From a virus (Duplodnaviria; Caudoviricetes), in the IMG/VR virus record IMGVR_UViG_3300032248_000171, positions 1 to 64,000 of that record: DNA of 64,000 nt. One strand, 5' to 3'. The notes below the pieces were generated by a model. The model searched no databases. It saw nothing but the letters and a program-made list of their open reading frames with translations, and had not been told where the DNA came from. How positions within the stretch are numbered: position 1 is the stretch's first letter; each line of letters begins with the position of its first letter. The position numbers were made by a program, and so were the translations under genes. Shown in pieces: positions 30,178-37,765 of this stretch.

Positions 30178-31275
30178 ATGAAAAACCTTGAAGTTTCTAA
30201 TCTGATTGCCCGCTTTGGTAGCGTTGTTACTGCTGCTGACCTTCGCACCTATGCTGACGAGGTTGGTGTTACCTACCAAACCCTGACCAAAAAACTTGAT
30301 TCATTTAAAGTTCAGCGTGGTCTGTGGCATTTGACTGCTGTTGAGCAACTCGAAAATGCCCTCGCTCAACCTGCGGTCGAACCTATGTCTGAAACTCCTG
30401 TATCGTTTATTCCTAAGAAAGATGGTTCCTTTGTCAGCTTTGGTAACTTTGCGGATATTAAGAAAGTTATTTCTTCTCGTCAATATTACCCTATCTTCAT
30501 CACTGGTCTATCTGGTAACGGCAAAACTTTTGGTGTTGAACAAGCTTGTGCTCAACTTAAGCGTGAGTTGATTCGTGTCAACATCACCATCGAAACTGAT
30601 GAAGATGATTTGATTGGTGGTTTCCGTCTTGTCAATGGTGAAACTGTGTGGCATGATGGCCCTGTTGTTCAAGCGATGGAGCGTGGTGCTATTCTTCTGC
30701 TTGACGAGATTGACCTTGCTTCTAATAAAATCATGTGTCTTCAGTCGGTGCTTGAAGGTAACGGCACCTTCCTTAAAAAGATTGGTCGTTATGTGAAACC
30801 TGCCGAAGGATTCAATGTAGTTGCTACTGCTAACACCAAAGGTAAAGGTAGTGATGATGGGCGCTTCATCGGCACCAATGTTCTTAACGAAGCATTCCTT
30901 GAGCGTTTCCCTGTAACCTTTGAGCAATCGTATCCTACTGCTAAAGTAGAAACTGCGATTCTTAAGAAAGTTGCTGAGAGTTTGAATGCTTACGATGAAG
31001 AGTTTGTTCAGCAATTGGTCAAGTGGGCAGAGATGATTCGTAAAACCTTCTACGATGGTGGTGCTGATGAAATCATTTCTACTCGTCGTCTGGTGCATGT
31101 TATTCGTGCCTACGCTATCTTTGGTAAGCGCAAGAAAGCTATCGAGGTTTGTGTAAATCGTTTTGACGAGGAAACCAAGCAACAGTTCATGTCTCTCTAT
31201 TCTAAGATTGATGCGACTATCGATGCTCCTAGCGAAACGATTACTGATGATGAAATTCTTGAAGTTATTGGTTGA
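30178..31275 (+). CDS. cobS: CobS-like (MoxR-family) AAA+ ATPase
   Basis: Walker A GLSGNGKT, Walker B LLLDEID, ATANTKGKG and NEAFLERF. Likely start is ATG 30178, downstream of the promoter. Confidence 0.9.
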   Translation: MKNLEVSNLIARFGSVVTAADLRTYADEVGVTYQTLTKKLDSFKVQRGLWHLTAVEQLENALAQPAVEPMSETPVSFIPKKDGSFVSFGNFADIKKVISSRQYYPIFITGLSGNGKTFGVEQACAQLKRELIRVNITIETDEDDLIGGFRLVNGETVWHDGPVVQAMERGAILLLDEIDLASNKIMCLQSVLEGNGTFLKKIGRYVKPAEGFNVVATANTKGKGSDDGRFIGTNVLNEAFLERFPVTFEQSYPTAKVETAILKKVAESLNAYDEEFVQQLVKWAEMIRKTFYDGGADEIISTRRLVHVIRAYAIFGKRKKAIEVCVNRFDEETKQQFMSLYSKIDATIDAPSETITDDEILEVIG

Positions 31276-31478
31276 TGTTTGATAACCTCCCTCGCCACAC
31301 CCTCATTCGCATGAAGAATGGGGGTATTTTTTTAATCAAGTGTAAAATTTATGAATGGCATAGCATGAAAAAAGTTCCAGCTTACTTAGGTCATTTGTAT
31401 AAAGATGACACGAGGCTTGACTACGAACCCTCAACATGCTATATTTGGATGATTGATTCTGTAATGGAGAACCTTTAA
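31272..31478 (+). CDS. Hypothetical protein
   Basis: 68-aa ORF coupled to both flanking genes. Confidence 0.55.
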   Translation: MMFDNLPRHTLIRMKNGGIFLIKCKIYEWHSMKKVPAYLGHLYKDDTRLDYEPSTCYIWMIDSVMENL

Positions 31479-31479
31479 T

Positions 31480-31767
31480 ATGCAATGGAAATACAACGAG
31501 GAAGAAATCCTCAATGAACTGCGAGATTATATCTCTAAAACTTATCAACAGCATTATTCTGCTGGTGATGATAAGATCCAAACTCTGGATTTAATTGAAG
31601 CATGTGGAGACGGAGAAGCATTCTGCCGTAGTAACATTCTCAAATATGCTTCTCGTTACGATAAGAAAGGTAGTGCCCGTATGGATATCATGAAGGTGCT
31701 ACATTACGCAGTTCTTCTTATGAACTTTAATGATAAAAATGCAACCCGTGAAGATTACAACCGATGA
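31480..31767 (+). CDS. Conserved hypothetical protein (DUF3310/SaV-like pattern)
   Basis: YQQHYS...IQTLDLI...FCRSNILKYASRYDKKG...DIMKVLHYA; family name recalled from motif, not searched. Confidence 0.8.
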   Translation: MQWKYNEEEILNELRDYISKTYQQHYSAGDDKIQTLDLIEACGDGEAFCRSNILKYASRYDKKGSARMDIMKVLHYAVLLMNFNDKNATREDYNR

Positions 31768-32426
31768 GCACAGTAGCCCTTTCCCCCTCTACCCTTCAGA
31801 TTCTAAAGAACTTCGCAACTATCAATACCTCTATTGTTATCACTAAAGGTAATACTCTGCGAACGATTAGCAATGCCGAGAACATCCTTGCCTCTGCTAA
31901 TGTAGAAGAATCTTTCCCTCGCACCTTTGCTATCTACGACTTAAACCAGTTCCTTGCTGGTCTCTCGTTGTTTGATTCTCCTTCTCTGGTGTTTGATAAT
32001 GATGATTATGTTACCATCACTGGTGGCAAGAGTCGTGTTAAGTATTACTTCTCCGACCCAGAGATTACTCTTAAGACGGCACCCGATAAAAAAGTAAACT
32101 ATCCTGGCTCCGATATTCAGTTTACTTTGAGTGCTGAGGATATCAGTTCTATTCAAAAGGCAAAGGGTATCTATGATATTCCCGACCTTAACATCAGCAC
32201 CGATGAAGAGATTGTGTTGTCTGTTCGTGACAACGAGAGCGCAACCTCCAACACTTATGATATGATTGTTCCTGGAACATTCGAAGGTGAACACTCCCTC
32301 AACTTGAAAGTGGAAAACATTAGATTGCTTCAAGGGGATTATCAAGTAGGAGTTTCCAAACATTTTATTACGGAATGGAAACATCTGAATCGTGACCTTA
32401 CTTATTACATTGCGTTGGAACCTTGA
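31764..32426 (+). CDS. g45: Sliding clamp gp45
   Basis: TLQILKNFATINTSI, FAIYDLNQFL and C-terminal YYIALEP. Confidence 0.95.
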   Translation: MSTVALSPSTLQILKNFATINTSIVITKGNTLRTISNAENILASANVEESFPRTFAIYDLNQFLAGLSLFDSPSLVFDNDDYVTITGGKSRVKYYFSDPEITLKTAPDKKVNYPGSDIQFTLSAEDISSIQKAKGIYDIPDLNISTDEEIVLSVRDNESATSNTYDMIVPGTFEGEHSLNLKVENIRLLQGDYQVGVSKHFITEWKHLNRDLTYYIALEP

Positions 32427-33367
32427 TGAAAAGTTTTCTGTGGGTGGAAGAATACAGACCTCATACTATTGAGGATTGTATTCTCCCTAATTCGTTAAAG
32501 AAAGTATTTACTGGATTTCTAGAACAGGGTGAGATTTCTAATCTTCTTCTGACTGGTCCTCCAGGTGTTGGTAAAACTACTGTTGCTAAAGCTCTATGTG
32601 AAGAACTAGACCTAAGTTATATTGTTATCAATGGTTCTGATGAAGGTCGTTTCCTTGATACCATTCGCACTCGTGTCAAAACATTTGCTACTACAAAATC
32701 TTTAGTTGGTGGAGGAAAGCATAAAGTTGTTATCATTGACGAAGCAGACAATACGACTCCTGATGTACAGCTATCTCTACGCACATTTATTGAAGAGTAT
32801 CATTCTAATTGTAGGTTCATTTTCACCTGTAATTTCATCAACAAAATTGCCTCTCCCCTCCACTCCCGCTGCACCGTCGTGGACTTCCGTATTAAGGCGG
32901 GAGAGCAGCAGAAACTCCAGTCACTGTTCTTCGAGCGCCTCAAGGGCATCCTGGACGCCTCTGGCGTGACATATGAGGACAAGGTGCTGGTCAAACTGAT
33001 TCAGCGTTACTATCCCGACTGGCGCCGTTTGCTGAATGAAGCACAACGTCACTCAACTGGTGGTTCACTAGATACTACAGTTCTCTGTGATATCGCTGAT
33101 GTGAATATTGATCAACTCATGCGAGCCATGAAGAACAAGGAATACAATGTTGTGCGTCAATGGGTTGTTGATAATATGGATAGTGACCCTAACACTATCA
33201 TTCGCAAGATCTATAACTCTCTTGCTGAAGTGTTGGAACCAGTTACTATTCCTCCTGCCGTGTTGGTGCTTGCTAAGTATCAATACCAGATTGCCTTTGT
33301 GGCAGATCAAGAAATTAACCTTCTCGCTTGTCTAACTGAAATTATGGTGGAGTGTAAATTCAAATGA
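32423..33367 (+). CDS. g44: Clamp loader large subunit gp44
   Basis: LWVEEYRP, GPPGVGKTT, IIDEAD and LHSRC motifs. Confidence 0.97.
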   Translation: MMKSFLWVEEYRPHTIEDCILPNSLKKVFTGFLEQGEISNLLLTGPPGVGKTTVAKALCEELDLSYIVINGSDEGRFLDTIRTRVKTFATTKSLVGGGKHKVVIIDEADNTTPDVQLSLRTFIEEYHSNCRFIFTCNFINKIASPLHSRCTVVDFRIKAGEQQKLQSLFFERLKGILDASGVTYEDKVLVKLIQRYYPDWRRLLNEAQRHSTGGSLDTTVLCDIADVNIDQLMRAMKNKEYNVVRQWVVDNMDSDPNTIIRKIYNSLAEVLEPVTIPPAVLVLAKYQYQIAFVADQEINLLACLTEIMVECKFK

Positions 33368-33702
33368 AATTTTGTATAAAATGTGGAGTTGAGAAACCCA
33401 TAGATTTATTCAAAACAGATAAACGTGGCACTAGAAATGTCTGTATTCAATGTCGCAACTATCATTTAAATGTAGCATCACGAGGAAGAAAACGTTGGTT
33501 GAAAGAAGGAAAACTAATTCCATTGAACTGTCAATGTTGTAATAAACAAACCGACAAACTTGTGTATGATCATGACCACACAACTTTAGAATTTCGTGGA
33601 TGGATTTGTCAACAATGCAATCAAGGATTGGGTCTGCTTGGAGATACCATTGAAAGTATTGAAAATGTAAAAAATTACTTAATGGAGTGTAAGTTTAAAT
33701 GA
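33364..33702 (+). mobile_element. Free-standing EndoVII/HNH-type homing endonuclease gene
   Basis: N-terminal CxxC..CxxC; CQCC..YDHDH..RGWICQQCNQGLG EndoVII motif; flanked by a 23-nt near-duplication of the g44 3' end. Confidence 0.8.
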
Positions 33703-34589
33703 AATCACTAAAGACGCCTCTTCGTTATCCTGGTGGCAAATCTCGTGCCACCAAGTATCTTATTCCTAGGATGCCCAAAGACATTACAGAATACCGTGAA
33801 CCTTTTATTGGTGGCGGTAGTGTTGCTATAGCATTCACCAAAGAGAATCCAGACATTCCTGTGTGGGTGAATGACCTGTATGAACCGCTGGTAAACTTCT
33901 GGCAACAACTTCAATCAAATGGAGATGACCTACAACACGAATTGGTGTTGTATAAGGAAGAAGCAGACACTCCCCATATGGCAAGACAACTATTCCATAT
34001 GGCGAAAGAGAAATTGAATGACACGGAAAGTTCTGCTATTACGAGAGCTGCTGCTTTCTACATTCTCAACAAGTGTTCTTTCTCTGGTCTGACTGAAAGT
34101 TCTTCTTTCTCTCCACAGGCAAGTGTTTCTAACTTCTCCATGAATGGTATTCTGAAACTCTCTGCGTATGGTGAATTGATTAAAAACTGGAAGATTACTT
34201 GTGCTCCTTATTGGGAGATGATGATGACATCTGCTCCAGTCAATACCTTCTGGTTCCTTGACCCTCCCTACGATATCAAAGATAATCTGTATGGTAAAAA
34301 AGGTGCTCTTCATAAAGGATTTAATCACGAAGAGTTCCATGCTTGGATGACTCAGGGTAATGTGAAAGATCGCTGGATGATTACTTATAATACTAATCCA
34401 ACTCTTGTTGATTGGTATAAAGATTACAACCAAATCAAATGGGATTTAACCTATACTATGCGTTCAGTAGGTGACTACATGAATGAGCAAAAAGATCGTG
34501 CTGAACTTTTGATTACTAACTATGACGAAACCAACTCTGAACGACTACCTGACTTCAATAAACCAAAGCAAGAAGTCGGTAGTTATTGA
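33699..34589 (+). CDS. dam: DNA adenine methyltransferase (Dam/D12 class)
   Basis: LRYPGGKSRA, EPFIGGGSV, FLDPPY and ELLITNY motifs. Confidence 0.92.
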   Translation: MKSLKTPLRYPGGKSRATKYLIPRMPKDITEYREPFIGGGSVAIAFTKENPDIPVWVNDLYEPLVNFWQQLQSNGDDLQHELVLYKEEADTPHMARQLFHMAKEKLNDTESSAITRAAAFYILNKCSFSGLTESSSFSPQASVSNFSMNGILKLSAYGELIKNWKITCAPYWEMMMTSAPVNTFWFLDPPYDIKDNLYGKKGALHKGFNHEEFHAWMTQGNVKDRWMITYNTNPTLVDWYKDYNQIKWDLTYTMRSVGDYMNEQKDRAELLITNYDETNSERLPDFNKPKQEVGSY

Positions 34590-34908
34590 CGACGAATCCG
34601 AAAAAGCATATCCACCTTACATTGTAAACAAGTGCCTTGCTGCCTTTCATGATACGGTGTTGTTTGCTAACGAGATGAATATCTATCCTCATCTTGATAA
34701 GAAGTTACAATATGACTTTTTTATAAATAGTATCAATCCCCGTAAAAGGTTTTCACCTTGGGCGAAAAAAACATCTATAGACTACCTTGGTGCGATCAAA
34801 GAGTATTATGGTTATAATGACGATAAGGCTTTACAAGCATTGAGAATTTTATCTAAAGATCAACTTGAACACATCAAAAAACTTGTATACAAAGGTGGAA
34901 AGAAATGA
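34522..34908 (+). CDS. g62: Clamp loader small subunit gp62
   Basis: YLTSINQSKK, YPPYIVNKCL, LQYDFFINSI..RKRFSPW and KEYYGY motifs. Confidence 0.95.
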   Translation: MTKPTLNDYLTSINQSKKSVVIDDESEKAYPPYIVNKCLAAFHDTVLFANEMNIYPHLDKKLQYDFFINSINPRKRFSPWAKKTSIDYLGAIKEYYGYNDDKALQALRILSKDQLEHIKKLVYKGGKK

Positions 34909-35330
34909 CTCCTGATATTGAAATTGAATGGAAGCAAGCTGATATGGTTGAGGTGACTCTCAATGAACCTGATGACTTCCTTAAAGTTCGTGAAACACTA
35001 ACACGCATTGGTGTTGCTTCGCGCAAAGAAAAAAAAATTTACCAATCTTGTCATATCCTTCACAAGCAAGGCAAGTATTACATCGTTCACTTCAAGGAGC
35101 TGTTTGCCCTTGATGGAAAGAATACCAATCTTTCAGTGAATGATGTTCAACGCAGAAATAGAATCATCCAATTACTTTCTGATTGGGGATTGATTGCTGT
35201 TGTTAATGCAGAACTAATTGCCGACGTTGCTCCTCTTAACCAGATTAAAGTTCTGGCTTTCAAAGAGAAAGATGAGTGGACGCTAGAAAGCAAGTATAAC
35301 ATTGGTCGTAAAAAAACTGTTGAAGAATGA
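34905..35330 (+). CDS. regA: Translational repressor RegA
   Basis: DDFLKVRETLTRIGVASRK...QSCHILHKQGKYYIVHFKELFALDG. Confidence 0.98.
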   Translation: MTPDIEIEWKQADMVEVTLNEPDDFLKVRETLTRIGVASRKEKKIYQSCHILHKQGKYYIVHFKELFALDGKNTNLSVNDVQRRNRIIQLLSDWGLIAVVNAELIADVAPLNQIKVLAFKEKDEWTLESKYNIGRKKTVEE

Positions 35331-36022
35331 TTGAAAACATTTTAGATAATGCTAATTGTAAAATAAAAAATACACATCCAAATTTACATCGTTGGAAAAA
35401 TTGGGAAGCAAACACACCATTTGCTCCCATCTTTGATGTTCCTTTGTGGATAGAAGATTTAAATCCATGTTTTCTTGAGAAAATTGTAAAAATAATTAAG
35501 CAAAAAAATTGCGGTAATTATACGGATACTTGGAAACTATATAATATTTTTACTTGGGAAGACGAACCAATCCGTTTTCTTAAAGCAAGTATCTATAGAA
35601 TCTATATTGATTACATGAAAGAATTGCAATTTGAACCAGAACAAGATTTGTGGATTCGTGGTTGGGCAGTTAATTTGGGAGAGAATGAAGGGTTGCCAAT
35701 TCATTCTCATTCCTACCACGAGAATACTTATCTTAGTGGTAATATAATGATTAGTTCAAATCCAACTACAACTGATTATGTTATTCCGCATCTCAGCACC
35801 TACTATGGATTCTATAGAGTAGAGAATGCACCAGCTAGAATGACTTTGTTTCCTTCGTGGGTTCAGCATAAAGTTGATCCTATAGTAGATGAAGAAAGAA
35901 TTTCAATTGGATTTGATATTTTTACTTTTAATACTATGGAATACTTATCTAAAGCAAAACAAAATGATTCAAATTTTCAAGATCCTATACTGAATGCAAT
36001 TCCATTAGTGACATCCGAATAA
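35327..36022 (+). CDS. Putative 2OG-Fe(II) oxygenase
   Basis: W.V....E.LPIHSH...LSG...LFPSWVQHKV...ERISIGFD, matching the double-stranded beta-helix HxH..H..RxS pattern. Confidence 0.85.
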   Translation: MIENILDNANCKIKNTHPNLHRWKNWEANTPFAPIFDVPLWIEDLNPCFLEKIVKIIKQKNCGNYTDTWKLYNIFTWEDEPIRFLKASIYRIYIDYMKELQFEPEQDLWIRGWAVNLGENEGLPIHSHSYHENTYLSGNIMISSNPTTTDYVIPHLSTYYGFYRVENAPARMTLFPSWVQHKVDPIVDEERISIGFDIFTFNTMEYLSKAKQNDSNFQDPILNAIPLVTSE

Positions 36023-36028
36023 TATTGT

Positions 36029-36052
36029 AGGGAGTTCCACACTCCCTTTTTT
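36029..36052 (+). terminator. Intrinsic terminator
   Basis: AGGGAGT-TCCAC-ACTCCCT followed by a T-run. Confidence 0.85.
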
Positions 36053-36075
36053 AATGCTATTAAATATATAATAGT

Positions 36076-36129
36076 GAGAGATGCCTTTGGGGTCTCAAAC
36101 ATAAACTCGCTTTTAAAAGGAGAATAACA
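36076..36129 (+). promoter_or_regulatory. Structured hsp20 5' UTR, ROSE-like RNA thermometer candidate
   Basis: Hairpin GAGAUGCC-UUUG-GGGUCUC, then CUCGCUUUUAAAAGGAG in which UCGCU pairs with the SD AGGAG leaving a bulged G. Confidence 0.6.
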
Positions 36130-36612
36130 ATGGATACAACTACTTGGCAATTATACGCCCCGTTTGGTGTAGGTTTAGATAGTGTTTTTAATCGACTAGA
36201 TGCTATGTCTGGTCACAACACAAACTACCCACCCTACAATATCATCAAAAACGATGCCGCTAATTACGAAATTGAAATCGCTCTGGCTGGATTTAAAGCA
36301 GAGGAGATTGAAATCTCTACAGAACAGAACATTCTCAGAGTTGCCTCAAAAGTTACGAAACGAGATACCGAAAAAACCTATCTTCACAAAGGTCTTTCCA
36401 AACGATCATTCTCGAATACCTGGCAACTTGGTGATGATGTCAGAGTATCCTCTGTAGACTTTACCGATGGGTTACTAACAATCTCATTGGAAAAAATTGT
36501 TCCAGAGCATCAGAAGAAAATAACTTATGATATTGGTAGGCACTTAGATCCTAAATTTTTGACAGAAGACAGAGATTCAAATTTCTCTGGAGAAAACACA
36601 ATAAATAATTGA
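36130..36612 (+). CDS. hsp20: Small heat-shock protein (Hsp20/IbpA-like)
   Basis: NYPPYNI, IEIALAGF, YLHKGLSKRSF and DGLLTISLEKIVPE motifs. Confidence 0.96.
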   Translation: MDTTTWQLYAPFGVGLDSVFNRLDAMSGHNTNYPPYNIIKNDAANYEIEIALAGFKAEEIEISTEQNILRVASKVTKRDTEKTYLHKGLSKRSFSNTWQLGDDVRVSSVDFTDGLLTISLEKIVPEHQKKITYDIGRHLDPKFLTEDRDSNFSGENTINN

Positions 36613-36626
36613 GTATTGTCGCCGCT

Positions 36627-36669
36627 GGAGCCTCCCCTGGCAAATATCAGGGTTGGCTCCCATTTTTTT
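36627..36669 (+). terminator. Long hairpin terminator after hsp20
   Basis: GGAGCC-TC-CCCTGG..loop..TCAGGG-TT-GGCTCC followed by CA and T7. Confidence 0.75.
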
Positions 36670-36672
36670 GGC

Positions 36673-36701
36673 TTGACAACTGGCAAAAATTACCTTATAA
36701 T
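36673..36701 (+). promoter_or_regulatory. Consensus sigma70 promoter
   Basis: TTGACA-N17-TATAAT. Confidence 0.85.
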
Positions 36702-36725
36702 AAAAATGTCTTGGTTTAAATTTTT

Positions 36726-37079
36726 ATGGATAATGCAAAAATAATTGTGTTGCAGAATGGAAACAAAATTATTTGTCTTTTGAATGAAGTGATGGATGAA
36801 AACAATAAAGGAATTTGCTTTTCTGTTCAAGAACCATATGTACTTGGTCATCAAATAAATGAAAATGCAAAAAATACAAATGATTTACTAATTACTTTTG
36901 AAAGATGGATTCCATATTCATCACAAACTGAGTTTAAAATTCCTTATAATCAAATAGTTACGATTGGAGAAGTTCAATCTTCATTACTTAATGGTTATAT
37001 AGAACGACTTGAACCTATTGAAATTTCTAAATCATCTGATAACACAACAAATACAATTACACAAAATAACAATGATTAA
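36726..37079 (+). CDS. Hypothetical protein, Sm-like paralogue 1
   Basis: KIIVLQNGNKII...PYVL...WIPYS....FKIPYNQIVTI. Confidence 0.75.
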   Translation: MDNAKIIVLQNGNKIICLLNEVMDENNKGICFSVQEPYVLGHQINENAKNTNDLLITFERWIPYSSQTEFKIPYNQIVTIGEVQSSLLNGYIERLEPIEISKSSDNTTNTITQNNND

Positions 37080-37449
37080 ACTTATTTTAACAAGAACAGG
37101 TGAACAAATTATTTCTGGTATAAAGGATTATCTTGATGAGGAAGGTAAGCCAGTATGCTATGTTTTAATTAGCCCATATGTTTTAACTTTAATTCCATCA
37201 GAAGAAGTGGATGATAATGAACAACCAGTTTCATTTAAAATCAATTACAAAAAATGGATGCCTTGCTCTAACGATATAGAGTATAAAGTTCCATATGATT
37301 TTATTGCAACAATTGCTACACCAGATGATCAAATTTTGCAGTCATTCCTTTCGAGATTTGGAGATATTTTAAATGACAACGACGCCGTACAACCCAGTGA
37401 TTCAAGTGATACTGCTGAAGACGCAGGAGTATCTGATAGCGGAGATTGA
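37072..37449 (+). CDS. Hypothetical protein, Sm-like paralogue 2 (likely start ATG 37072)
   Basis: MIKLILTRTGEQII...PYVL...WMPCS...YKVPYDFIATI. Confidence 0.75.
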   Translation: MIKLILTRTGEQIISGIKDYLDEEGKPVCYVLISPYVLTLIPSEEVDDNEQPVSFKINYKKWMPCSNDIEYKVPYDFIATIATPDDQILQSFLSRFGDILNDNDAVQPSDSSDTAEDAGVSDSGD

Positions 37450-37762
37450 AGAGAGGGAAGAATCGCCTGAATGTCTTCTAACCAATGCTTACAAGATTGA
37501 GAATATTACATACTTTGATCATTCAAATTGTGATTATAAAAACATTCCTAATCCAAAAGCTTTGTTCATTGATGAACAAACAGAACACGAAAAAGATAAA
37601 AATGGTGAAGAAGTGATCTGCACTCAATCAAACTATATTCTTCTCGAAAAATTTCCAAAGTATACAAACCAGAATCAGGTCTACCTGAGGGCAGATGACA
37701 TCCTCACCCTTGCGGATCCCTCCCATCTTGTGGTAGAATACTACAAGAAGACGGTGGGTTGA
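37373..37762 (+). CDS. Hypothetical protein, Sm-like paralogue 3
   Basis: IQVILLKTQEYLIAEI...CLLTNAY...FPKYTNQ..VYLRADDILTLADP. Confidence 0.75.
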   Translation: MTTTPYNPVIQVILLKTQEYLIAEIEEREESPECLLTNAYKIENITYFDHSNCDYKNIPNPKALFIDEQTEHEKDKNGEEVICTQSNYILLEKFPKYTNQNQVYLRADDILTLADPSHLVVEYYKKTVG

Positions 37763-37765
37763 CGC

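Noticed and set aside
30508-31182. 224-aa minus-strand ORF, and similar antisense ORFs at 39398-39964, 29274-29702, 31941-32384, 33990-34433
   Set aside because: They lie entirely opposite well-conserved genes, have no RBS, promoter or motifs, and are expected shadows of biased codon usage.
34522-34589. Programmed frameshift fusing dam and g62
   Set aside because: The 68-nt overlap is explained by a C-terminal run-on after the ELLITNY motif; g62 has its own ATG and no slippery site was seen.
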